Assembly (NCBI GenBank): GCA_025061115.1 | Contig: JANZKC010000002.1 | Coordinates: 192,001 to 256,000 of the forward strand | DNA: 64,000 bases | Source of the DNA: Candidatus Culexmicrobium cathedralense | GTDB lineage: Archaea > Thermoproteota > Methanomethylicia > Culexarchaeales > Culexmicrobiaceae | Direction of reading: 5' to 3' | Part shown: positions 18,142-26,305 of the stretch, piece by piece | How positions within the stretch are numbered: position 1 is the first letter of the stretch | Layout of the letters: every line of letters starts with the position of its first letter | Program-made: the position numbers and the translations under genes | Notes under the pieces: model-generated | Database searches by the model: none | Told to the model about the DNA's origin: nothing | The model's input: the letters and a program-made list of their open reading frames with translations, nothing else

Positions 18142-20124
18142 TTACATTCTGGTCGGCGCTTCAATCCCCATTAGATTGAGCGCGTTCCTAAGCGTTACCC
18201 TAACAGCATTAACTAGTTGAAGTCTAGCGTTTCTGAGCTCCTCAGGCTCTGCCTTCAAAACTGGAACTGCATCATAGAATGCATTGAAGGTAAGCGCAAG
18301 CGAGTTTGTAAAGTCTGGTAGAAGCTCAACTTTAAGGCTGTCTGCAGCTTCAGCAACTACTTCAGGGAACTTTGAAACTTGAAGAATTAAGCTCTTCTCC
18401 AACTTGTGGGTAAGAAGCTTTGCATCGTAATTCTCAGGCAACCCATCAACCTTCGCGAGTATGTTGCATGCTCTAGCGTGAGCATATTGAATAAAGGGAG
18501 CGCTGTTCTGATCAAAGTTTAAAACTCTATCCCAAGTAAACGTCATTCTCTTCGAAGGAGAAATGCAAAGCAGTGCGTATCGAACCGCTCCAACGCCAAC
18601 TGCCACACTTATCCTGGAAATCTGCTCTTCACTCAAGTTTGAAGAGCGTTTCACAACTTCAGCTCTAGCTCTCTCAACCGCTTCATCAATTATCTTGTCA
18701 AACTCAACATATCTACCTCGCCTGCTTGACATTTTAAAGCCTGGAAGTCTAACTAGCTCATAGGCGTAGTGCACGAAGTTTAACGCTAGATCTCGCCTAC
18801 CCAGAACCGCTAGTGCAATTCTAAGCTGAAGCTGCGGCAGAGTCTGCTCAGCACCAATAACGTGAATAACCTTATCTGCATGCTCAAACTGCCATAGAGT
18901 ATAAGCAATATCCCTCGTCGTGTACAAGGTTCTACCGTCAGACCTGACTAGAGTTAATTTGGGAAACTCGTAAAGGTCGCTGACTCCAAGCTCCTTTTTT
19001 AAATTGAGCGCATTGGCAGCTTGCTCAGCATCGAAAATTAAGGCTCCACCGTCGACCTTCACGAAGGGAGTAGCCTTGAGCTTATCCAGCACTTCCTTCA
19101 CCCTGCTACTCCAAACGATGTCGCTCTCCCAATCCCAGCTGTCATGCTTGATATTTGCCCTTTCTAAAGTCTCTTTGAAACCTTCAATGCACAAGTTACA
19201 TAGCTCTCTAACAAGCTTAGTGACTCGCTCATCACCCATTTCGTATAGCAAGTCTAGCCTGGCAATAGACTCGGGGGGATTTGGATCGGAGTTTATCTCC
19301 TCAAGAAGCTTGTCAAATAGATCTGGATTCCTATCACGCAATTCCTTGGAAACAGACGCCCAGTCGCTTAGCTCTCCCAAAATTTTCGCTCGCTCATCTT
19401 CAAATCCCTCGCCAAGCTCATCAATTTCCTTAAGCCTCTTCTTCAGCCTCCAGATCTCGACGATGCAGCTAGTCATAGCGTAGATTAATCCTATAAAGCG
19501 GTCAGGCTTACCCTCAGGCTTAATCCTGCCGAGCTTATCATACCCGTAAGCGGCTATAGAAACTTGCAAGCCTACGTCATCAATATAGAAGTGAGTTTTA
19601 ACATCATGGCCTCTAGCCTTCAGCAGCCTTGCTAAAGTATCTCCTAGAACCGCGTTTCTAGCTGCACCAATATGAAGAGGATGAATAGGATTAGCGCTCG
19701 TGTGCTCAACAATAATTCTAAGCGGCTTATCGACTTTTAAATGACCATAATTCTCGTCAAGATCCACGACAGCTTTAAAAGTTTCACAAGCCAATTCAGG
19801 ATAGCTCACGTAAAAATTCACGTAACCAGCACCGGCAACTTCAACTTTATCAATAAACCTCATATTTAAAGGTCTAATAATCTCAACAATTTTCTCAGCC
19901 AAAACCCTAGGAGGAAAGCCAGCTTGCTTAGCAACAGTAAAGGAAGGAAAAGCCAATTCAGCTCCAATCACAGGCGGAGGTACTTCAAGAATTACATCAA
20001 CATTCGATATTCCTAGCTGCGAAAAGGCGTAATTTATAGCTTCAACGCACTGCTGCCTAAAAGCTCCAAATGGATTGCCCTTAACCGTACTCACCAAATT
20101 ACCACCACGCAATTGCAGACGCAT
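18142..20124 (-). CDS. argS: Arginine--tRNA ligase
   Basis: VEHTSANPIHPLHIGAARN, KMSSRRG, YAHARAC, GIEAPTRM. Confidence 0.97.
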   Translation of the reverse strand: MRLQLRGGNLVSTVKGNPFGAFRQQCVEAINYAFSQLGISNVDVILEVPPPVIGAELAFPSFTVAKQAGFPPRVLAEKIVEIIRPLNMRFIDKVEVAGAGYVNFYVSYPELACETFKAVVDLDENYGHLKVDKPLRIIVEHTSANPIHPLHIGAARNAVLGDTLARLLKARGHDVKTHFYIDDVGLQVSIAAYGYDKLGRIKPEGKPDRFIGLIYAMTSCIVEIWRLKKRLKEIDELGEGFEDERAKILGELSDWASVSKELRDRNPDLFDKLLEEINSDPNPPESIARLDLLYEMGDERVTKLVRELCNLCIEGFKETLERANIKHDSWDWESDIVWSSRVKEVLDKLKATPFVKVDGGALIFDAEQAANALNLKKELGVSDLYEFPKLTLVRSDGRTLYTTRDIAYTLWQFEHADKVIHVIGAEQTLPQLQLRIALAVLGRRDLALNFVHYAYELVRLPGFKMSSRRGRYVEFDKIIDEAVERARAEVVKRSSNLSEEQISRISVAVGVGAVRYALLCISPSKRMTFTWDRVLNFDQNSAPFIQYAHARACNILAKVDGLPENYDAKLLTHKLEKSLILQVSKFPEVVAEAADSLKVELLPDFTNSLALTFNAFYDAVPVLKAEPEELRNARLQLVNAVRVTLRNALNLMGIEAPTRM

Positions 20125-20231
20125 AATTTAATGCTCAACCTAAGAATTCCATCACAAACTAGCTATTAAATACTACCACCAAAATGGAAACCATAAATTT
20201 GACGCAAAAAATACAAAATAAAAAGAAAACG

Positions 20232-21281
20232 TTAAGTTTCTTTCTTTTCTTTAACTTCAAGCCTACACTCGTAAATCACGTCACCGTCGACTACTCTGAA
20301 AATCCTGACAAAATCGCTTTCAATTTTCATCAAAATAGGCTTCCCAATACCCTCGGCAATCTTCCTAAGATCCTCCAAATCTTCAAGCTCGAAAACCACA
20401 CTACCACCTTCAGAGAAGCTCTTAACTTTAACTAAATAATCCTCCAAGGGCTTTACCAGATCCTTCCAAACATCCTTTTTGCCTTCACCAGCTCTGAAAA
20501 AGTTGAAGTATATCGACGGAGCCAATCCCGCCAAACTTAAACCTAACAATGCATAAAATCCGTAAAGCTTATTCTTAACATCTTCATGAACGATCACTTG
20601 GCTCCTTGTGACAGAGTCAGATTTTTGATGATTTAAGCCGTCAATGCTAATCATCGAGCCTTCAACTCCACCGTACTTAATAGTTATAGTTAATTGTGGA
20701 GAGAAAGATGATTCAATAAATCCAACAACGTCATTTGAAGCTAGAACATGAATGTTCGGAGTCAAAGTTAAAGTATAACTGCTCGCATAAGCTCCAGTCT
20801 CGTCTTCAATACGTTTAATCAATGAAAAGATATCCCCAAGATTCAAAGTTAAATTAAAATTAAAAGAAGCATCATTTCCATAAAGCTTCATTGAACCCTT
20901 AGCAGGACCGGGTAAATCCTTAACCCAACCGCTAGGCGAACTTAAACTAAAGTTAACATTGTAATTTACAACTATTGTGGATGGAGTGTCAATGAGGAAG
21001 CGATATGTAAAATCAATGACTATTCTCTTCACGAGCTTCAAATAAAGTGTACCTTCACCTGGACCGAGCACAGTAGTGTTGTAGAGAACATTGGGATGAA
21101 TAAAAGCTAAGTAACTATACCTACCAAAATTCGCATAATTGCATAAAGACACCTGCTTACTCTCCACCACAGGAATTTGATAGGTAAAGTATAGCATAAC
21201 AATTGAAAACAATGTTAAAAACGTGAATAACACCAAGAAAAGCCTTGTCTTTCGCAAAAAATTATGTTTAAACATCATCAC
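20232..21281 (-). CDS. DUF5305-like membrane-anchored protein of SipW loci
   Basis: N-terminal TM, YSYLA..PNVLY, beta-rich exported domain, second TM, cytoplasmic LEDLRKIAEGIGKPI...VVDGDVIY. Confidence 0.65.
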   Translation of the reverse strand: MMMFKHNFLRKTRLFLVLFTFLTLFSIVMLYFTYQIPVVESKQVSLCNYANFGRYSYLAFIHPNVLYNTTVLGPGEGTLYLKLVKRIVIDFTYRFLIDTPSTIVVNYNVNFSLSSPSGWVKDLPGPAKGSMKLYGNDASFNFNLTLNLGDIFSLIKRIEDETGAYASSYTLTLTPNIHVLASNDVVGFIESSFSPQLTITIKYGGVEGSMISIDGLNHQKSDSVTRSQVIVHEDVKNKLYGFYALLGLSLAGLAPSIYFNFFRAGEGKKDVWKDLVKPLEDYLVKVKSFSEGGSVVFELEDLEDLRKIAEGIGKPILMKIESDFVRIFRVVDGDVIYECRLEVKEKKET

Positions 21282-21353
21282 ACCAGATTTACCATTTAAT
21301 TACGTTTCTTTTCAAGTTGGATAAATACTTTTCTGAAAATCGCTATTTACAAG

Positions 21354-21983
21354 TTATGGAGAAAACGCCACATTGTCAATCACATGAATAGTAAAATGTA
21401 GAGATATGTCCTCTAAACCATTATCGCTCGTAGAATTAAAGCTTACTTTTATCCAAACAATAACCTTCTGGCTCGGGTCGAAGAATATAGGCGGTGCCAC
21501 AGCGTCGTTAAAAGGAAGATCATCAGCCTCAACATGCCCCCAAACTACTTTGAAATCACCCCTGTCAAATGGACCATAAAAGTAAATCTCAGTCTCAAGA
21601 TAATCCTGTAATTCACTTTGATTTTCAAAAACCACGTGAATAGCTTTAATTTTAGCTGGCAAAGTACCATCATTACAAACAACTAGTCCAATCCAAGCAT
21701 ACCAACCGGAACATACGTTTTCACACATTACTTTTAAAGTGTAAGGATCAATTAGCACCATTTGGTCATCCTCTATTGGCGCAACTCTTCTAAACTCTTT
21801 GGGAACCACAGCCTTGTATGAACCTATCTTCACATAGAAGTGACCCATTTTTATCTTACCAGATATCTGTAAAATTTCATTCCAATGACTGTACGCAAAC
21901 CCGCTTATAACCAGTACAATTAAAAGGATGCTGAAGACAAATGATAACTCAAAACTTAGATTATTATGCTTTTTCACTCTCAC
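21354..21983 (-). CDS. SipW-class signal peptide protein (TasA/camelysin-like fibre subunit 3, divergent)
   Basis: Signal ending GFAYS/HWNEILQISGKIKMG; internal NDGTLP. Confidence 0.75.
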   Translation of the reverse strand: MRVKKHNNLSFELSFVFSILLIVLVISGFAYSHWNEILQISGKIKMGHFYVKIGSYKAVVPKEFRRVAPIEDDQMVLIDPYTLKVMCENVCSGWYAWIGLVVCNDGTLPAKIKAIHVVFENQSELQDYLETEIYFYGPFDRGDFKVVWGHVEADDLPFNDAVAPPIFFDPSQKVIVWIKVSFNSTSDNGLEDISLHFTIHVIDNVAFSP

Positions 21984-21986
21984 TAC

Positions 21987-22247
21987 CTAAGTCACCTCCC
22001 CTATTTTTCTAACTGGAAGCAAAACAATTCTTGAGAACATAAAATTCGAAAGCTCAAAAAGACCAATTAAGATTGAGAAAAGATTACTCCAAAAGATCAC
22101 TAGAAGCGTATTGACAGTGATGAAGAGCTGGTCAATATTCGAATTACAAAGAATAATGTTGCTCATAGCTTGAAATGGTTGTGCAGGACCGATGAGTGGA
22201 AAATCATCTACGCAACCTTTCATGCGCACAACTCTATACATAGTCAT
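21987..22247 (-). CDS. Small membrane protein within the SipW locus
   Basis: GAGGTGA SD before ATG; C-terminal hydrophobic stretch; fills the gap between operon genes. Confidence 0.5.
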   Translation of the reverse strand: MTMYRVVRMKGCVDDFPLIGPAQPFQAMSNIILCNSNIDQLFITVNTLLVIFWSNLFSILIGLFELSNFMFSRIVLLPVRKIGEVT

Positions 22248-22285
22248 CTCGCCTTCACCTCAAAATTTAATTTTTATCACATCTT

Positions 22286-23545
22286 TCATCTCCATCTACC
22301 AAATTTCCTCCTTTTCATAAAATAATTATAAATAAAGTATGAAAAGACAAATGAAACAGAAATTATAAAACTTATAAGATTAATTTGATTATAGTAAATG
22401 AAGCTGAAAATCGAAAATACTATGATTTTCATATAAATTGAAATCCACCCTAATTTGGGTATAATAAGTAGGAGCTTGCCTTTAATTTGACTTGAATAAA
22501 CGGGATCGTAATCAATAGCGTTGTTGGCATCGCCCTTAGTTACGAAATATCCTTGTTTTATAGCCACAACCCTATGAAGTACAGCGCCTTCGCGGCCCAT
22601 ATATTGAATTATATCACCTAACTGAATCTTGTTAGGTGGGACTTTAACTAGAATGGCTATGTCTCCAACGTTTAATGTTGGTTGCATGCTACCGCTCATG
22701 ACAACTGATGGGAATACGCTCAATAATCCTGTGCTAAACCAAACTGCTAAAACAAATATTAAAATAGGCGCTAAGGCCTTGGCTGGGCTCTCCTTCTTTT
22801 TCCAACCCCTAAAAACATCAATTTTCAATCCAGCGCTTCTAAGCACCTCCCTTGGAGTAGCATAATTTATTGCTACAAGGCTTATCGTTGGAGAAACGAC
22901 ACCTAATAGTGATTTTAAGCTCCAAGGAAGGTCTGGCAATACAGGGGAAAACCACTGGAAAACTGAAAGAGGCATTACGTAGGCTATTGAAGCTATTGGA
23001 CCAGCAAGCAGTGCAAGATACGAAGCTAATAAGTTCTGAGCCAAAGCTGGAAGGAAATCAGAGCCTAAGAATTCAACAAAGAGTAGAGGCTTAACATTAG
23101 ATAATGGCATCCTCAACAAAGCTAAAACTGGGCTGTGAAGAAGCGACATAAGCATAAGTGAAAGGAGAGGTTTACGCCTACCCAAATTCCTTAAAATATG
23201 CGCCCTCGAAAATTCAACTCCAAAAACCGATGAAAGCACCATAATTGAGTTGAGTATAAGCATTCTAGGCGCAAATGAAACTGGACTCCTACCAAATTTA
23301 GTGATAAGACCAGCATCAACAAGAAGAGCTATCTGAAAAATTGCTGCAAGAAAGGCAGCCAAATAAACAATTCTCCACTTAGAATCTAATCCTCCAAGTA
23401 AATTATTAGCGAAAATCGAAATTACAGCAACACCCACCCAACACAAGGAAGGTACTAAGTATGCTAACAAGCCAGCGGGCATATAAAAATATAAGAGCAA
23501 CTTAACTGATAAAAGAGAAATTAATACCAAGATCGTTTTATTCAT
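22286..23545 (-). CDS. Signal peptidase I, SipW/Sec11 (S26B) type, fused to an N-terminal multi-TM domain
   Basis: VMSGSMQPTLNVGD (Ser), VLHRV (His), TKGDAN, IPKLGW; about 230 aa of TM helices upstream. Confidence 0.9.
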   Translation of the reverse strand: MNKTILVLISLLSVKLLLYFYMPAGLLAYLVPSLCWVGVAVISIFANNLLGGLDSKWRIVYLAAFLAAIFQIALLVDAGLITKFGRSPVSFAPRMLILNSIMVLSSVFGVEFSRAHILRNLGRRKPLLSLMLMSLLHSPVLALLRMPLSNVKPLLFVEFLGSDFLPALAQNLLASYLALLAGPIASIAYVMPLSVFQWFSPVLPDLPWSLKSLLGVVSPTISLVAINYATPREVLRSAGLKIDVFRGWKKKESPAKALAPILIFVLAVWFSTGLLSVFPSVVMSGSMQPTLNVGDIAILVKVPPNKIQLGDIIQYMGREGAVLHRVVAIKQGYFVTKGDANNAIDYDPVYSSQIKGKLLLIIPKLGWISIYMKIIVFSIFSFIYYNQINLISFIISVSFVFSYFIYNYFMKRRKFGRWR

Positions 23546-23622
23546 TCACATCACCATTATGTTATGATATAAATAAAAAATAGGAAATTATTTAACAATT
23601 AATTATTTCAGCAATAATTTCA

Positions 23623-24315
23623 TTAACCCTTGTTCCATTGAATGCCAATAATTTCAACTGTCAGGACATACGTGTGACACTCTTCTGCCTCTTGCTTAAA
23701 TTCCAAGTCAATTTCAGCCTTATGCGTTCTACATGGATCTATCTGATAAGGTACGCTATCCGTGACTTCCAAGTTTATCACTTCAATGTCGCAGGCGTCA
23801 ACAACACCATTGCCATTAACATCTTCATAAATACTGCCTATGTAATCTCCATCAGGGTCATACCACAATAAGTCGTAGATCTTATGGCCAGTAGCATTCC
23901 TCTTCTCGCCAGTAATGTTATAGCCAATCACTTTAATTGGAATTGTACCAATGTTATGTAGCTTGAAGACTATGCCCACAACGTATTGTGGATATGCATT
24001 ATCAATAACTATTATGAGCTTCTTATAACCTTCTTTTCCAGTGTGTGGATCCGTTATATTTTCAGCAAAGTAAGCAGTGCAATTTCCAACATCTTTACCA
24101 AGATATTCACCAGCTGTTTTTTGCGTGTGATCCTCGTTCCAGTGATACTCATTACAGCTGGGCGGTTCAGCGTAGTCAAATGATAATGTCAAGCTACCCA
24201 TGTTTATAGTGCCTTCAATAGTTACTACATCACTCCAATGAGCATAAACAGCTCCAAGCAGAGATAAGAGTACAACTATTGATAGGGAAAGCAAGCTTGT
24301 TTTACGAGTATTCAT
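23623..24315 (-). CDS. SipW-class signal peptide protein (TasA-like fibre subunit 2)
   Basis: GAVYA/HWSDVVTIEGTINMG, NAYPQY, HNIGTIP, C-terminal QWN. Confidence 0.8.
   Translation of the reverse strand: MNTRKTSLLSLSIVVLLSLLGAVYAHWSDVVTIEGTINMGSLTLSFDYAEPPSCNEYHWNEDHTQKTAGEYLGKDVGNCTAYFAENITDPHTGKEGYKKLIIVIDNAYPQYVVGIVFKLHNIGTIPIKVIGYNITGEKRNATGHKIYDLLWYDPDGDYIGSIYEDVNGNGVVDACDIEVINLEVTDSVPYQIDPCRTHKAEIDLEFKQEAEECHTYVLTVEIIGIQWNKG
24209..24267. repeat. 59-bp direct repeat copy 1 (58/59 identical to 24910-24968)
   Basis: GTGCCTTCAATAGTTACTACATCACTCCAATGAGCATAAACA(G/A)CTCCAAGCAGAGATAA. Confidence 0.95.
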
Positions 24316-24332
24316 ATCTAATCAACCCCTAC

Positions 24333-25016
24333 CTATGCCTTATTCCACTGTACAAACTCAAATGTAACTGAGAATGTGTAAGTATGACACTCCTCAGCCG
24401 TCTGCTTAAAGTCTACATCAATGCAAACCAGGTAGCAGTTACAAGGTTCAAGTTGACCATCTTCAGGAACATAAGCAACAACTCTAACATTCATTATATC
24501 GCCTGCTGGATCTACTAGTGCACCCTCCCAAATCCACGCTTTTAATGTTGTGTTGTAATACCAAAGATCCTGCCTCCAAGTGAGGTTTTCACCATCCGTT
24601 ACGTCGTAGCCAGTTAAGTTCGCTTTAGTATACGTAGCAGGTATGGTTCCAGCATTCTTCAACATAAATTCGATATGTACATCCCACTGCGGGTATGCAT
24701 TTGCCATTAGAATTGTCATCTTCTTAGCTACGGTTTCAGGCGGATCATGATGAACGCTAGTTTCAAAGTCGCTTAAAGTAATCGTAGCATTTGCAACCCA
24801 CGTCTTATTTGCTGGCGGAAGGAATTCCGCTTCCGGAACACCATTGATAGTTTCATAGTGAGTAACCGAGTTGTTTAAAATGCCTACTATAAGCTCACCC
24901 ATATGCACTGTGCCTTCAATAGTTACTACATCACTCCAATGAGCATAAACAACTCCAAGCAGAGATAAAATAACTATCAGCAGTCCAAAAGTGCCTATCA
25001 AACTCTTACTTTTCAT
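24333..25016 (-). CDS. SipW-class signal peptide protein (TasA-like fibre subunit 1)
   Basis: GVVYA/HWSDVVTIEGTVHMG, NAYPQW, KNAGTIP, C-terminal QWN; GAGGTGA SD. Confidence 0.8.
   Translation of the reverse strand: MKSKSLIGTFGLLIVILSLLGVVYAHWSDVVTIEGTVHMGELIVGILNNSVTHYETINGVPEAEFLPPANKTWVANATITLSDFETSVHHDPPETVAKKMTILMANAYPQWDVHIEFMLKNAGTIPATYTKANLTGYDVTDGENLTWRQDLWYYNTTLKAWIWEGALVDPAGDIMNVRVVAYVPEDGQLEPCNCYLVCIDVDFKQTAEECHTYTFSVTFEFVQWNKA
24910..24968. repeat. 59-bp direct repeat copy 2
   Basis: Matches 24209-24267 with one mismatch. Confidence 0.95.
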
Positions 25017-25171
25017 TTACTGATCACCTCTTAATTTTCGGGCTATCATCGCCTAGATTAAGCTTTAAAACTAAGCTTTAAACTCTAGGCTTTAACGGGG
25101 GCTCCCAATAGTCCCCCGGCTTTACAGCAGCATATACTATGGATCTCGTTTAACGCTTTAAATTGCCGATT

Positions 25172-25198
25172 CAAATGGTCTGGAAATGAGCCATTTGG
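25172..25198. promoter_or_regulatory. Candidate operator CAAATGG-N12-CCATTTGG upstream of the fibre operon
   Basis: Inverted repeat just upstream of a minus-strand TTTAAA box (25157-25162); same unit and spacing as 25596-25623. Confidence 0.55.
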
Positions 25199-25221
25199 CT
25201 TTAAACGATGCGAAATACAAA

Positions 25222-25545
25222 TTACATTAACAAACGCTTTAAGCTTTCAAAATCCTTTTTAAGCCTATATTTCCTCATATTTTTATCTATAGAAATATAT
25301 TCTATTACACCAACATTTATTAGATTTTGAAGAATTTTTGACATTTTCGAGTAGGGCACCCCAACTCGCCGAGCAATTTCTCTTAACGTCACTTCTTCAT
25401 TTTTGCAAAGCTCAGCAATTGTCCTAAATGATAAATCCTCTTTAAACATGCTTTTAGCAAGTTCCAAGAGAAGCAATGTATGCAAGTCAACCTCCTGAAT
25501 TTTGATTTCACTAGCATTACTTTTTAGCCTAATATTTCGTCTCAA
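25222..25545 (-). CDS. Winged-helix (ArsR-like) regulator
   Basis: VTLREIARRVGVPYSKMSKILQNLINVGVIEY. Confidence 0.8.
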   Translation of the reverse strand: MRRNIRLKSNASEIKIQEVDLHTLLLLELAKSMFKEDLSFRTIAELCKNEEVTLREIARRVGVPYSKMSKILQNLINVGVIEYISIDKNMRKYRLKKDFESLKRLLM

Positions 25546-25595
25546 GGCTTATCAAGCTTAAAATAATAATATCTCCCTATGCTTTACTTTGCGCT

Positions 25596-25623
25596 CCATT
25601 TGGACTAAAATTAAACCAAATGG
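25596..25623. promoter_or_regulatory. Candidate operator CCATTTGG-N12-CCAAATGG between the two wHTH genes
   Basis: Perfect 8-bp inverted repeat with 12-bp spacer. Confidence 0.55.
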
Positions 25624-25639
25624 CATAAAAATAAGGGTT

Positions 25640-25966
25640 TTAGGTTAGGATGTCTTTTAATTGCTCGTACTTTTTGGAAAGCTTGTAAATCCTAATTCTT
25701 GGACTTGCATAGAAATATTCTACAACTCCCTTCTCAACCAAGAGATCAAGATGCCTAGATAAATTTGAATGCGATATGCCTACTTTTCTCGCCAATTCTC
25801 TCAAACTTGCACCTTCAATTTTGCATAATTCACGTACGATTTTAAATCTCACATTATCCCGATATGTCCGCTTTAAAAACTCAACAATTACTCGATTTTC
25901 TTTCTCCATTTTAATGTAATCTCTTCTATCGATTTTAAAATGTTTATCATCATAAGTACTATTCAA
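25640..25966 (-). CDS. Winged-helix (ArsR-like) regulator, paralog of the neighbour
   Basis: RFKIVRELCKIEGASLRELARKVGISHSNLSRHLDLLVEKGVVEY. Confidence 0.85.
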   Translation of the reverse strand: MNSTYDDKHFKIDRRDYIKMEKENRVIVEFLKRTYRDNVRFKIVRELCKIEGASLRELARKVGISHSNLSRHLDLLVEKGVVEYFYASPRIRIYKLSKKYEQLKDILT

Positions 25967-26156
25967 TGAAATATCCTCCGACTTTAAAACATTAGTTAAT
26001 TACCAAAACGCACTATTATTTTTTGTGCATTTCAAAAGAATAAGCATAATAAAAATTTTCACTACTAACAACTATTTTCTAAATGCTTTTCAGAAAATTA
26101 ATTCTTCTCATGATTTTAATCGACCATGTAAAGGATAATTTTTATGTCAAAATGCT

Positions 26157-26261
26157 TGGCGGGCCCGCGGGGACTTGAACCCCGGACCTTCGGCTCCGCA
26201 GGCCGATTCGAGGTGAAGCTTAAAAGCTTCACTCGCTCTGTCCAAGCTGAGCTACGGGCCC
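26157..26261 (-). tRNA. tRNA-Arg(GCG) with a non-canonical ~27-nt intron (26207-26233) between D arm and anticodon stem
   Basis: Reverse complement: GGGCCCG acceptor, TCGGC-CT-GCG-GA-GCCGA, GTTCAAGTC, CCA; insert forms hairpin GTGAAGCTT/AAGCTTCAC. Confidence 0.93.
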
Positions 26262-26305
26262 AACTACTTTGGTTGTTAATCTTAAGTATAAAGATATGGT
26301 TTTAA

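Noticed and set aside
25051-25125. c-di-AMP (ydaO)-type riboswitch
   Set aside because: Only a short CGGGGGA...TTGGG resemblance; the remaining consensus elements are missing
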